A stretch of DNA of 64,000 nt from an uncultured Gammaproteobacteria bacterium (GCA_902563055.1 CACEWE010000001.1:52276-116275), one strand, 5' to 3'; numbered from the stretch's first letter, positions 41,561 to 49,273 are shown. The notes: a model not told the origin generated them from the sequence alone. Translations and numbers: made by a program.

Positions 41561-42199
41561 CTAAGCAGTACCTGTAGGTGAATAAGGTAGGCATTTCAAA
41601 TCAGGGCCGCCATAATCTTTATCCGTGGGGGCGCTTGCTTTACCATCTTTAGCCTGACCCCAAGTACTCATACACATGCAAGCAGCCTTATCATTTCCTA
41701 GTGTTGTAGTAGAACCATCCCAGTTTGGGTTTGCTATTGCAGAAACATCACATTGAGCTGTAGTAGACAACCTTTGTGTAGTAATATCCTTACCCTGTTC
41801 CCAATTAACACTATCTGAGCCAGCAACTTGCATCTGAAGCGCTTGAAGCAATGGCACTGCAATTAATAAAGCAACTGCGGTAATAATTTTAACAAAACCT
41901 GCCTTGTGCTGTCCTTGTTGCCCTTGCTGCCCTGCTGTGGAAGCTTGCTTAAGGGTCATAATACCCATAATGGCAAGAACAACTGCCGCAACTACCGCTC
42001 CATACTGCACCAGTTGTAAAACATTCCCTAGGACAGAATAAACGCCCTGAAGCATACCAGATAAGGTGGCCTGGGCAAACACAGTGTTTGCTATTACCGT
42101 TACCCCACCAACTAGCCCGCTAGAGAGCAGTATTTTTGTTTTTGATATGCTATTGATGCCACACATCATCTTTTGTTTAATATTACTTAGTAGTTTCAT
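41561..42199 (-). CDS. IcmD/DotP-like (TraR-like) membrane protein with a Cys-rich C-terminal extension
   Basis: Strong AAGGAG RBS. Long signal sequence ending VFAQA. Two hydrophobic helices joined by the loop KQASTAGQQGQQGQHKAG, then about 90 aa of polar tail with 4 Cys. The assignment rests on topology and context only. Confidence 0.4.
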   Translation of the reverse strand: MKLLSNIKQKMMCGINSISKTKILLSSGLVGGVTVIANTVFAQATLSGMLQGVYSVLGNVLQLVQYGAVVAAVVLAIMGIMTLKQASTAGQQGQQGQHKAGFVKIITAVALLIAVPLLQALQMQVAGSDSVNWEQGKDITTQRLSTTAQCDVSAIANPNWDGSTTTLGNDKAACMCMSTWGQAKDGKASAPTDKDYGGPDLKCLPYSPTGTA

Positions 42200-42337
42200 T
42201 GTAGTCTCCTTGGTTTATAATATAAATGTAAACTTTGTTTGTTACTTTTTTGTTAAAAAACAGCCTTTTTTTATCAAAGGTACTGGGATTATAGTACAGA
42301 TTTTCAAAAAGCAAAAAAAAAAACTATTTATCCCTCC

Positions 42338-43393
42338 TTATCCTGATGTTGGCACAATATTAGTGCTTTGCAGTATTTGGAAAAAGCCCTGAAAGTTAAT
42401 GGCTATAATACCGGCTACAATATGAATAATAGCCTTGCCAACCCCGCCACCTTGCTGCTGCCCCTCCCCTACTTTCATAAGCAAGAAAAATCCTCTGCTA
42501 AAGGCAATCACCCCAACCACCATCATAACAGAATAAAACATCGTTTTCATCATCTCAAATTGATCGCTTTCACCGCCCTCTTTTAACTGCTCATACCAGT
42601 ATTGGCTTGGAGCAACATAACAATCACCAGGCTCAATATCAGCATCAGGAACCTTAATGGCTTTGCCATCGGTACTCATAACAATATTACACGTTGTAGA
42701 AGTATACATACTTGTAAATGCTTTGCCTGTTGCCGTTTCTTCAAAACCTGCGCCAATCACAGCCTGTGAAAACGCAGCAATAATGGGCGCATATCCGACA
42801 AAAACAATCGCGACAATAAAATGAAAGCAGGTTGCCATGGGCGAGAGCTGTCGACCACGATTATTGTCCTCTGCATGCGCTTTTAAACGCGAAATACCAA
42901 TCATCAGTATCACAACCCCAATAACAATAAGAATAATTTGATACAACCATAAAAACTGCGTCATGAGTAAAGTAATATTAGTAGAGGTATCTCCGGATAT
43001 GCCACCGGATGTACATCTAGTCATGCTCCTATTAAAACTTTGACCCTCCTTCTCACAACTACACGATGAAGTTGAATTATCCCACGAGGCACCTTCTATT
43101 TCACCACACGCTGTAGCATCCGCAGGTACGCACCATAATTTTCCAATACCAGTGCCTTTGTTAGCACTCGTCCACTCCCCCCCTTGATCATCTTTTTTTG
43201 CACACATCCACTTCAAATTCCCACCACTATCGCTACACTGCATACTTTTAGCCGTTCCCTTTGGTACAATTTGATCTAGATCACAATCAGTAGAATTGCC
43301 CCAAGCCACCGAAGCAGCCAGTGAACAAAAAAGGATAACGCCCATAAACAAGGCTTTAAGCATAGGCATGCACGCAAAGGATTTGGATATCAT
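42338..43393 (-). CDS. IcmC/DotE-like (TraQ-like) membrane protein with a Cys-rich N-terminal periplasmic domain
   Basis: Start chosen at MISKSF... (AAGG RBS). Signal peptide ...LFCSLAASVAWG, about 100 aa with 8 Cys, then two helix-loop-helix modules; the second has the loop KVGEGQQQGGGVGKA, similar to the neighbouring gene's loop. The assignment rests on topology and context only. Confidence 0.4.
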   Translation of the reverse strand: MISKSFACMPMLKALFMGVILFCSLAASVAWGNSTDCDLDQIVPKGTAKSMQCSDSGGNLKWMCAKKDDQGGEWTSANKGTGIGKLWCVPADATACGEIEGASWDNSTSSCSCEKEGQSFNRSMTRCTSGGISGDTSTNITLLMTQFLWLYQIILIVIGVVILMIGISRLKAHAEDNNRGRQLSPMATCFHFIVAIVFVGYAPIIAAFSQAVIGAGFEETATGKAFTSMYTSTTCNIVMSTDGKAIKVPDADIEPGDCYVAPSQYWYEQLKEGGESDQFEMMKTMFYSVMMVVGVIAFSRGFFLLMKVGEGQQQGGGVGKAIIHIVAGIIAINFQGFFQILQSTNIVPTSG

Positions 43394-43461
43394 ATTTGGC
43401 GCCTTGTGATTAATTAGGGTACTGTAATAATATAACAATTTTACCGCCTTTCAACAGCGAT

Positions 43462-43478
43462 AATGTAACGAATGTAAC
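43462..43478. promoter_or_regulatory. tandem octamer AATGTAAC-g-AATGTAAC upstream of the dot operon
   Basis: Perfect 8-mer repeated with 9-bp periodicity, about 70-85 bp upstream of the chosen start of the first operon gene and just upstream of a tattat -10-like element on the minus strand. Confidence 0.35.
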
Positions 43479-43625
43479 AAAACATTACGAAAAAAAATAT
43501 AAGCCATTGTTTTATATAATTATTTTCACAAAACCACTGTTTAAAAAAAAACCACGATTGCGCTTTTATGCAACGCTTTTTTGTAAAATTATTCGATTTT
43601 AAAAAGCTTTTAGGCCATAACTTTG

Positions 43626-44309
43626 TTATAGTAATACAGAGCCATGGTTTTGATAATCTTCCTCAAATTCAACCCTGCTCTTTAGTAAAGCCCAATTAAC
43701 TGTTATCTTATTATCAGAATCGATCTCGCAAGAGATATACGAACCTAGGTAAGGCATCATACAAGAATGCAACTCACTAGAGCGCAATTTATTATGAAAA
43801 AAACGCTTTAACTGAATATGTATAGCTCCCCCAATGAGCAGCAATGGAGAACCCCAAATACAAAGCTCTACTATTTTTTTGTTATGTTGAGTTAAATATG
43901 CAATAACCGCAAAAAAAATATAAAAAACACATAGTAGAGGAAAACAATTCAAAAAATAGTTGTAGTACTTAAATTTTACCTTTAGCCACTTTCTTATGCA
44001 GTCAGCTATATCGTCCTCTATCTTTTGCTTTTTTGCATCGTCATCTTCACCATTAACAACACTGCATGCATCTCGCTTAAGCTTTAGGGTGGTATCTCTA
44101 ATAACCTTTGAGCTAACATTGAGATACAGGGCAATTTTATTTTCTAATTTTTGAATGCGCTGTTCTTGTGAATTTTTGATGGTCATTATTACTGAACCAT
44201 CTTCTCTTGAAGACTTATATTCTTGGCTCAAACTACTTCCATCTTGGGGTATTTCATTAGGCATCAGAAAGTCCCTTATATTCTTATCACCTTCACTTAA
44301 AGAATGCAT
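43626..44309 (-). CDS. hypothetical membrane protein (two central TM segments)
   Basis: Tracked ORF of 227 aa. A charged/coiled N-terminal half, two hydrophobic helices and a low-GC sequence. No family motif recognised. Confidence 0.5.
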   Translation of the reverse strand: MHSLSEGDKNIRDFLMPNEIPQDGSSLSQEYKSSREDGSVIMTIKNSQEQRIQKLENKIALYLNVSSKVIRDTTLKLKRDACSVVNGEDDDAKKQKIEDDIADCIRKWLKVKFKYYNYFLNCFPLLCVFYIFFAVIAYLTQHNKKIVELCIWGSPLLLIGGAIHIQLKRFFHNKLRSSELHSCMMPYLGSYISCEIDSDNKITVNWALLKSRVEFEEDYQNHGSVLL

Positions 44310-44483
44310 ATTCTATACCCCAGAATAAAAATACTACACACTCAATAATTTAAAATGAACAAAGCTTCAAGCGAAATACAGCATAAAGCCATAGAATGTG
44401 CAGGAATGAATCAGCCTATTGGCATCTGCTTTTTTCATTGTTATACTGCCTTGGATTTCAATGCAGCAAGCTAAGGACAAGCG

Positions 44484-45725
44484 GTGCGTCTTTCATTAAA
44501 GCAAATAATTACCATAACCTTGGTGCTGATTATATTAGAGACGGCATTAACGGTCCTCTTTAATCGCCATGTTGAGCATAGTGCGATGCAAAATGACGCA
44601 TTAGAAACAGTGAATAAAATTGTTGATGCCAGGACAGATTTACTCTCCACCTATTTGCAGCAAGGTAACAGCCAGGCATTTAATGATTTAATCAATGCTT
44701 ACAATGAAAATAATGCTTTTAACATAAGCATTAGTCAGATCATTCCAGAAAGTGCTATCGTAATCAATCCAGATCAAACCGAGATTAGCTATCTTGGCCT
44801 AAAGACCTATACCAAAGACTTTATTAAACATAAGTCCATTACCCTTAGTAGCCCACTTGCTGCAGATATATGGATAAGCTTTAATGCAAAAATGAAAGAC
44901 ATCTACTATTACTGGCAAACTATGCTATGGTTTAGCTTTATTCACTTAGTGGTTATTTTTGTTTTATGGCTGTGTTTTTGGTTGTACTACCGTTACACCA
45001 TGCCAACAGATGTCATTGATATGATACAAGGCAAAATGCAGCATAAGAAAAAGCTTGATCCAATTATGCGCAATTTCAAGCATAAGCTGCAAACTTATTT
45101 TGCTGAAAAAAACATGATGATGACTGCATTAGCCCATGATATCAAAACCCCCTTAACCGAGGCCATGTTAAGGCTAGAATTTTTAGAGGGCCAAAAAACT
45201 GCAGACCAAATTATGATTAATCTAGAAAATATCAAAAGTATCGTCAACAGCTCCTTAGAGTATTCTAAAGATCAAAGCAAAATTCAGCGCGTCCCGGTGG
45301 ATATCATTTCTTTACTAGACACCATTGCAGAAAATCAGGCCGATCAAGATTTTCCAATCAAGGTTAAACACCAAACAGATAATTTTGAAATGGCGGTGGA
45401 AATTGAGCTTTTTAAACGCATGCTTAAAAATATTATTGAAAATGCTAAAAAATACGCCACCGGTTGCGTGATACGTACAAAATTCACCAACCATCACTTT
45501 GTTATTGCCATTATCGATAACGGCTTAGGGGTTCCAGAAAAATTTATTTCAAAGCTCACCACGCCCTATTTTCGGGTTGATCCAGCCAGATCCAGTCAAA
45601 CAGGTGGTTCGGGCCTGGGTTTAGCTATAGTTAAAAAAATAGTAGAACTGCATGATGGCAGCGTTCATTTTGAAAATGTCTCCACCGGAGGCTTTAAAGT
45701 GCTGTTGCGTTTTGAGGGGCTTTAG
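44484..45725 (+). CDS. sensor histidine kinase (no cognate response regulator adjacent)
   Basis: TM1, a ~120-aa periplasmic loop and TM2. H-box ALAHDIKTPLT, N-box IIENAKKYA, G1 DNGLGVP and G2 GGSGLGLAIV. GTG start. Confidence 0.85.
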   Translation: MRLSLKQIITITLVLIILETALTVLFNRHVEHSAMQNDALETVNKIVDARTDLLSTYLQQGNSQAFNDLINAYNENNAFNISISQIIPESAIVINPDQTEISYLGLKTYTKDFIKHKSITLSSPLAADIWISFNAKMKDIYYYWQTMLWFSFIHLVVIFVLWLCFWLYYRYTMPTDVIDMIQGKMQHKKKLDPIMRNFKHKLQTYFAEKNMMMTALAHDIKTPLTEAMLRLEFLEGQKTADQIMINLENIKSIVNSSLEYSKDQSKIQRVPVDIISLLDTIAENQADQDFPIKVKHQTDNFEMAVEIELFKRMLKNIIENAKKYATGCVIRTKFTNHHFVIAIIDNGLGVPEKFISKLTTPYFRVDPARSSQTGGSGLGLAIVKKIVELHDGSVHFENVSTGGFKVLLRFEGL

Positions 45726-45740
45726 TCCCTTTCTCAATCA

Positions 45741-46298
45741 TCATTTAGGCTCTTGTCCTTCGTGTTTATTACTATTGCCAATGCCTATATTTCTAAATAG
45801 TTGACGCACAAGGCTTTCCCTATCCCTACACCTTGTTACCGCAAAAGAATTAACCCAATGCTTTATTTCCTCGCAAACACCCAGTTCTTTTGATTTTTTA
45901 TAGCTCATACTGTCGGAATTAGTCAACTCTAAAGCAAGGTACAAAAGCCATGCCTTTCTTATCTTTTGTACATCTTGCCAAGCAATGGTCTTTTCACTAT
46001 ATTTTAAAGCACGCTCTTCGCAATTTATAATATTGTCAATGACCATATCCTGAAATATTCTAATTCCCTCTGCCTCACTAGAAGGAGGATAAGGATAACC
46101 ATTAATAAAAACCCCATGAAGAGAATTCAGATTATTACTTACACTTTCCTTAAAACCCTTAACTAGAAGATCTAGAATAAAATCCCCATCAGTTTGCTTA
46201 TCCCTATATTTAAAAAGTATTTCGTACAGGCCTAAGCATATCCTAATTTCTTCCAACTCATTGTATGGCTTCAAAAACTCCACAACAGCAACTTCCAT
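45741..46298 (-). CDS. hypothetical soluble protein
   Basis: Tracked ORF of 185 aa, predicted helical. No recognisable motif. Confidence 0.45.
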   Translation of the reverse strand: MEVAVVEFLKPYNELEEIRICLGLYEILFKYRDKQTDGDFILDLLVKGFKESVSNNLNSLHGVFINGYPYPPSSEAEGIRIFQDMVIDNIINCEERALKYSEKTIAWQDVQKIRKAWLLYLALELTNSDSMSYKKSKELGVCEEIKHWVNSFAVTRCRDRESLVRQLFRNIGIGNSNKHEGQEPK

Positions 46299-46409
46299 AT
46301 TTACGTTTTATACAGTCATTGTAGTGCATAAAATATTAAATATCAAAAAATAATTATAATTTATATTTTAAAATATATAAAAAGAATGCTTTTATATTAA
46401 AAAAGCATA

Positions 46410-46443
46410 AAACGGGCTTGTTTTATAAACGGGCATGTTTTAT
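46410..46443. promoter_or_regulatory. 17-bp tandem direct repeat upstream of the mevalonate operon
   Basis: aaacgggcttgttttat followed immediately by aaacgggcatgttttat (16/17 identical). It ends a few bp upstream of a weak -35 (tagatt), a 17-nt spacer and tatact. Confidence 0.4.
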
Positions 46444-46508
46444 TAAAACTAGATTAAAGCAATGCTTTTTGTTATACTCCTGCCACCATCGTCATATGTA
46501 CCAAAACC

Positions 46509-47045
46509 ATGGGTGATCAACTTCTTGTTGTAGATAAAAACGACCAAGCCATTGGCACATGTCCTAAACTAGAGGCCCACCAAAAAGGCCTACTCCACCG
46601 GGCTTATTCTGTTTTTGTATTTAGAAAACAGCCCAAGCTGCAACTTTTACTACAACAACGCCATTGCGATAAATACCATTGCGGCAGCTTATGGACCAAT
46701 ACCTGTTGTTCGCACCCCTCACAAGATTCCAAGCTGATTGAAAGCGCACAAGCACGCCTTGAATACGAAATGGGTTTTTCAGTGCGCCTTAGCCGAGCCG
46801 GATCCTTTACCTACCGTGCCGAGTTTGACAATGGCTTAATTGAACATGAATACGACCATGTTTTAGTGGGATGGTACCAAGATCAACACATTCACCCCCA
46901 CCCAGAGGAAGTACAAGACTACCAATGGCTCTGTGAGGATGCTATTAAGCAAGCCCTTGCATCGAAGCCAGAATCTTATACACCTTGGTTTAAACAAGCC
47001 TATGCAATTGCCCTTAACTATATTAATAACGAGACTCGATCATGA
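46509..47045 (+). CDS. idi: isopentenyl-diphosphate delta-isomerase, type 1 (Nudix)
   Basis: LLHRAYSVFVF and WTNTCCSHP (catalytic Cys), and EHEYDHV. 178 aa. Confidence 0.88.
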   Translation: MGDQLLVVDKNDQAIGTCPKLEAHQKGLLHRAYSVFVFRKQPKLQLLLQQRHCDKYHCGSLWTNTCCSHPSQDSKLIESAQARLEYEMGFSVRLSRAGSFTYRAEFDNGLIEHEYDHVLVGWYQDQHIHPHPEEVQDYQWLCEDAIKQALASKPESYTPWFKQAYAIALNYINNETRS

Positions 47046-48082
47046 ACCCAGCCCAAATTCCCATGCGCCAAGTTGGCCCAATCACCATTAATGGCCGCCA
47101 TTTTGAACAAGAAGAAGCCATTATGGCACCACTGGCAACCTATGAATCGCCACTGTGGCCATCTGTAAGCCGTGGTGCAAAAGTATCTCGCTTATGCGGT
47201 GGCATTAACGCGGTTGTCGAAAAACATACTATGAGCCGCTCTATTGTGCTAGAAGCGCCTGATCTTGCATCAGCCATAGACATAGCCCAAGATTTAAAAA
47301 CCCGTTTTGATGCCATTGCCAAGTGTATTAGCACCAATAGCCGCTTCGCGCGCCTTGAAAGCTTTGATACCAAAGTACACGCAAGTTTACTCTATGTACG
47401 CATTAGTATTTTTCCCGGCGACGCCTCTGGCCATAACATGGTGACCTCGGCAAGTGAAATGGTGCTCAACTGGATTTTAAAAACCTATCCGAACCTTCAA
47501 TACAGTAGCATTTCAGCTAATATGTGTGTCGACAAAAAAGTCTCCGCTATCAACGCTATTTTAGGCCGCGGCTGTCATACTCACGCTGAAATCTTGATTA
47601 ATCGCGATGTGTGCCAAAAAATCTTAAAAACCACACCAGAAAAAGTGGTACGACTGCATCAGCACAAAAATCTTATCGGTTCGCACCTTGCCGGAAGCTT
47701 AATGAGTAACAATGCCCATTTTGCCAATATGCTCTTGGCTATTTATCTTGCAACTGGGCAAGATGCAGCCAATATTGTCGAAGGTTCTCAAGGCATGACC
47801 CATGCAGAAGTCAAAGGTGATCAACTCTATTTTAGTGTCCACTTGCCAAACATTATTGTTGGTACCGTGGGCAATGGCAAGGATTTACCCTTTGTAGAAG
47901 AAAATTTGGCATCTTTAGGATGTAAGGCACAACGGGCCCCTGGAGAAAATGCTGAACGACTTGCCATGATAGTGGCATCTTTGGTATTATGCGGCGAACT
48001 GTCCTTGATGGCAGCGCAAACCAACCCTGGTGAACTGATGCGCTCCCATCTATTAATGGAACGCAAACAACAAAAGGCATAA
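47042..48082 (+). CDS. HMG-CoA reductase, class I-type catalytic domain only
   Basis: Aligns by eye to the human/archaeal class I core: APLATYESP, SRFARL, GDASGHNMV, CVDKKVSAINAILGRG, NAHFANMLLAIYLATGQDAAN, VGTVGNG, GENAERLA and ELMRSH. ATGA overlap with idi. Confidence 0.85.
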   Translation: MNPAQIPMRQVGPITINGRHFEQEEAIMAPLATYESPLWPSVSRGAKVSRLCGGINAVVEKHTMSRSIVLEAPDLASAIDIAQDLKTRFDAIAKCISTNSRFARLESFDTKVHASLLYVRISIFPGDASGHNMVTSASEMVLNWILKTYPNLQYSSISANMCVDKKVSAINAILGRGCHTHAEILINRDVCQKILKTTPEKVVRLHQHKNLIGSHLAGSLMSNNAHFANMLLAIYLATGQDAANIVEGSQGMTHAEVKGDQLYFSVHLPNIIVGTVGNGKDLPFVEENLASLGCKAQRAPGENAERLAMIVASLVLCGELSLMAAQTNPGELMRSHLLMERKQQKA

Positions 48083-48085
48083 TGT

Positions 48086-49273
48086 ATGACAGATACAACC
48101 CTCCCAGTTGGCATTGATCAAGCTTGTTTTTATACTCCACATTATTATTTAGATCTACAAACCTTAGCCCAAGCGCGCGGGGTGGATGTTAATAAATACT
48201 ACCACGGATTGGGCCAGGGCCAAATGGCGGTTCCTGCTCCTGATGAAGGCGTAGTTACCCTTGCAGCTAATGCTGCAGTGCCAATGCTTAATGAAGAGAA
48301 CACCGCCAATATCGGCATGCTGCTTTTTGCAACAGAAAGCGGTATTGATCAATCCAAGTCTGCAGGTATTTTTGTCCATCACTTGCTTAAACTTCCCTCC
48401 TCTTGCCGCGTACTAGAACTCAAACAGGCCTGCTATAGCGCCACCGGCGGCTTGCAATTGGCACTGGATTATCTACGTTCAAACCCAAATAAAAAAGTCT
48501 TATTAATTGCCTCAGACATTGCCCGCTATGGACTCAACACCACAGGAGAATCCTCTCAAGGCGCCGGGGCTGTGGCCATGCTATTAAGCGCCAAGCCACG
48601 CTTGGTAGAAATAGAGCCGCCAAGTGGCATCCACACCGAAGATGTGATGGACTTTTGGCGCCCCAACTACCGTGAAGAGGCGCTAGTGGAAGGCCGCTAT
48701 TCTTGTGATCTTTATTTAAAATGCTTAGCCAAAACCTGGCAATTATACCATGAAGCATCTAAACGCAATCTAGATGACCACCAACAATTTCTTTATCATA
48801 TTCCGTTTCCTCGCCTTGCAGAGAAGGGTCACCACAAGCTTTTACATATTAATGGCCAAAAGCCTTGCAAAGAAGCCATACACCTGCAAATGCAGCCAAG
48901 CTTGGCCTATTCTAAAACCATTGGAAACTGCTATACCGCATCCTTGTACTTAGGACTTATTTCATTATTAGAAAACAAAAGCGAAGATTTAAGTCATCAA
49001 CGCATTGGCTTTTATAGTTATGGTTCAGGGGCCGTTGCTGAATACTTTAGTGGCCGTATTGTTGAAAACTACCAAAGCGTTTTGCATAAAGACTATCATC
49101 AAAACTTACTGGAGAGTCGCAAAGCCTTAACCCAACATGAATACGAAGATTTTTATCATTTTCGTTATCCCACCGATGGTAGCCGCTTTATTTTCCCGCG
49201 TCACCAAACCGGAAAATTTCGCCTTGCCATGCTTGATCAACACAAGCGTATTTATGAAACCGTGCAAAGCTAG
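48086..49273 (+). CDS. mvaS: HMG-CoA synthase
   Basis: VGIDQACFYTPHYYLDL, GQGQMAVPAPDEGVVTLAANAA, catalytic Cys in LKQACYSATGGLQLA, and YSYGSGAVAE. Confidence 0.9.
   Translation: MTDTTLPVGIDQACFYTPHYYLDLQTLAQARGVDVNKYYHGLGQGQMAVPAPDEGVVTLAANAAVPMLNEENTANIGMLLFATESGIDQSKSAGIFVHHLLKLPSSCRVLELKQACYSATGGLQLALDYLRSNPNKKVLLIASDIARYGLNTTGESSQGAGAVAMLLSAKPRLVEIEPPSGIHTEDVMDFWRPNYREEALVEGRYSCDLYLKCLAKTWQLYHEASKRNLDDHQQFLYHIPFPRLAEKGHHKLLHINGQKPCKEAIHLQMQPSLAYSKTIGNCYTASLYLGLISLLENKSEDLSHQRIGFYSYGSGAVAEYFSGRIVENYQSVLHKDYHQNLLESRKALTQHEYEDFYHFRYPTDGSRFIFPRHQTGKFRLAMLDQHKRIYETVQS

Noticed and set aside
43394-43438. Longer start (MLYYYSTLINHKAPN) for the 366-aa Cys-rich protein
   Set aside because: No RBS precedes it and it would put 15 polar residues ahead of the signal peptide. 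The ATG at 43393 has an AAGG element upstream. This remains uncertain.
47042-48082. HMG-CoA reductase as a truncated pseudogene
   Set aside because: Although short, the frame is intact and tightly coupled to idi and mvaS, and all catalytic motif residues I can align are present. It is treated instead as a minimal functional form (see findings).
47140-48382. Minus-strand ORFs overlapping HMGR and mvaS (47140-47373, 47827-48114, 47853-48140, 48164-48382)
   Set aside because: They overlap well-supported plus-strand enzymes and have no independent support.
49137-49253. Upstream extension of the mevalonate kinase ORF (MNTKIFIIFVIPP...)
   Set aside because: It lies entirely inside mvaS in another frame. 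The GHMP-kinase N-terminal motif KAILSGEHAV begins right after the ATG at 49254.
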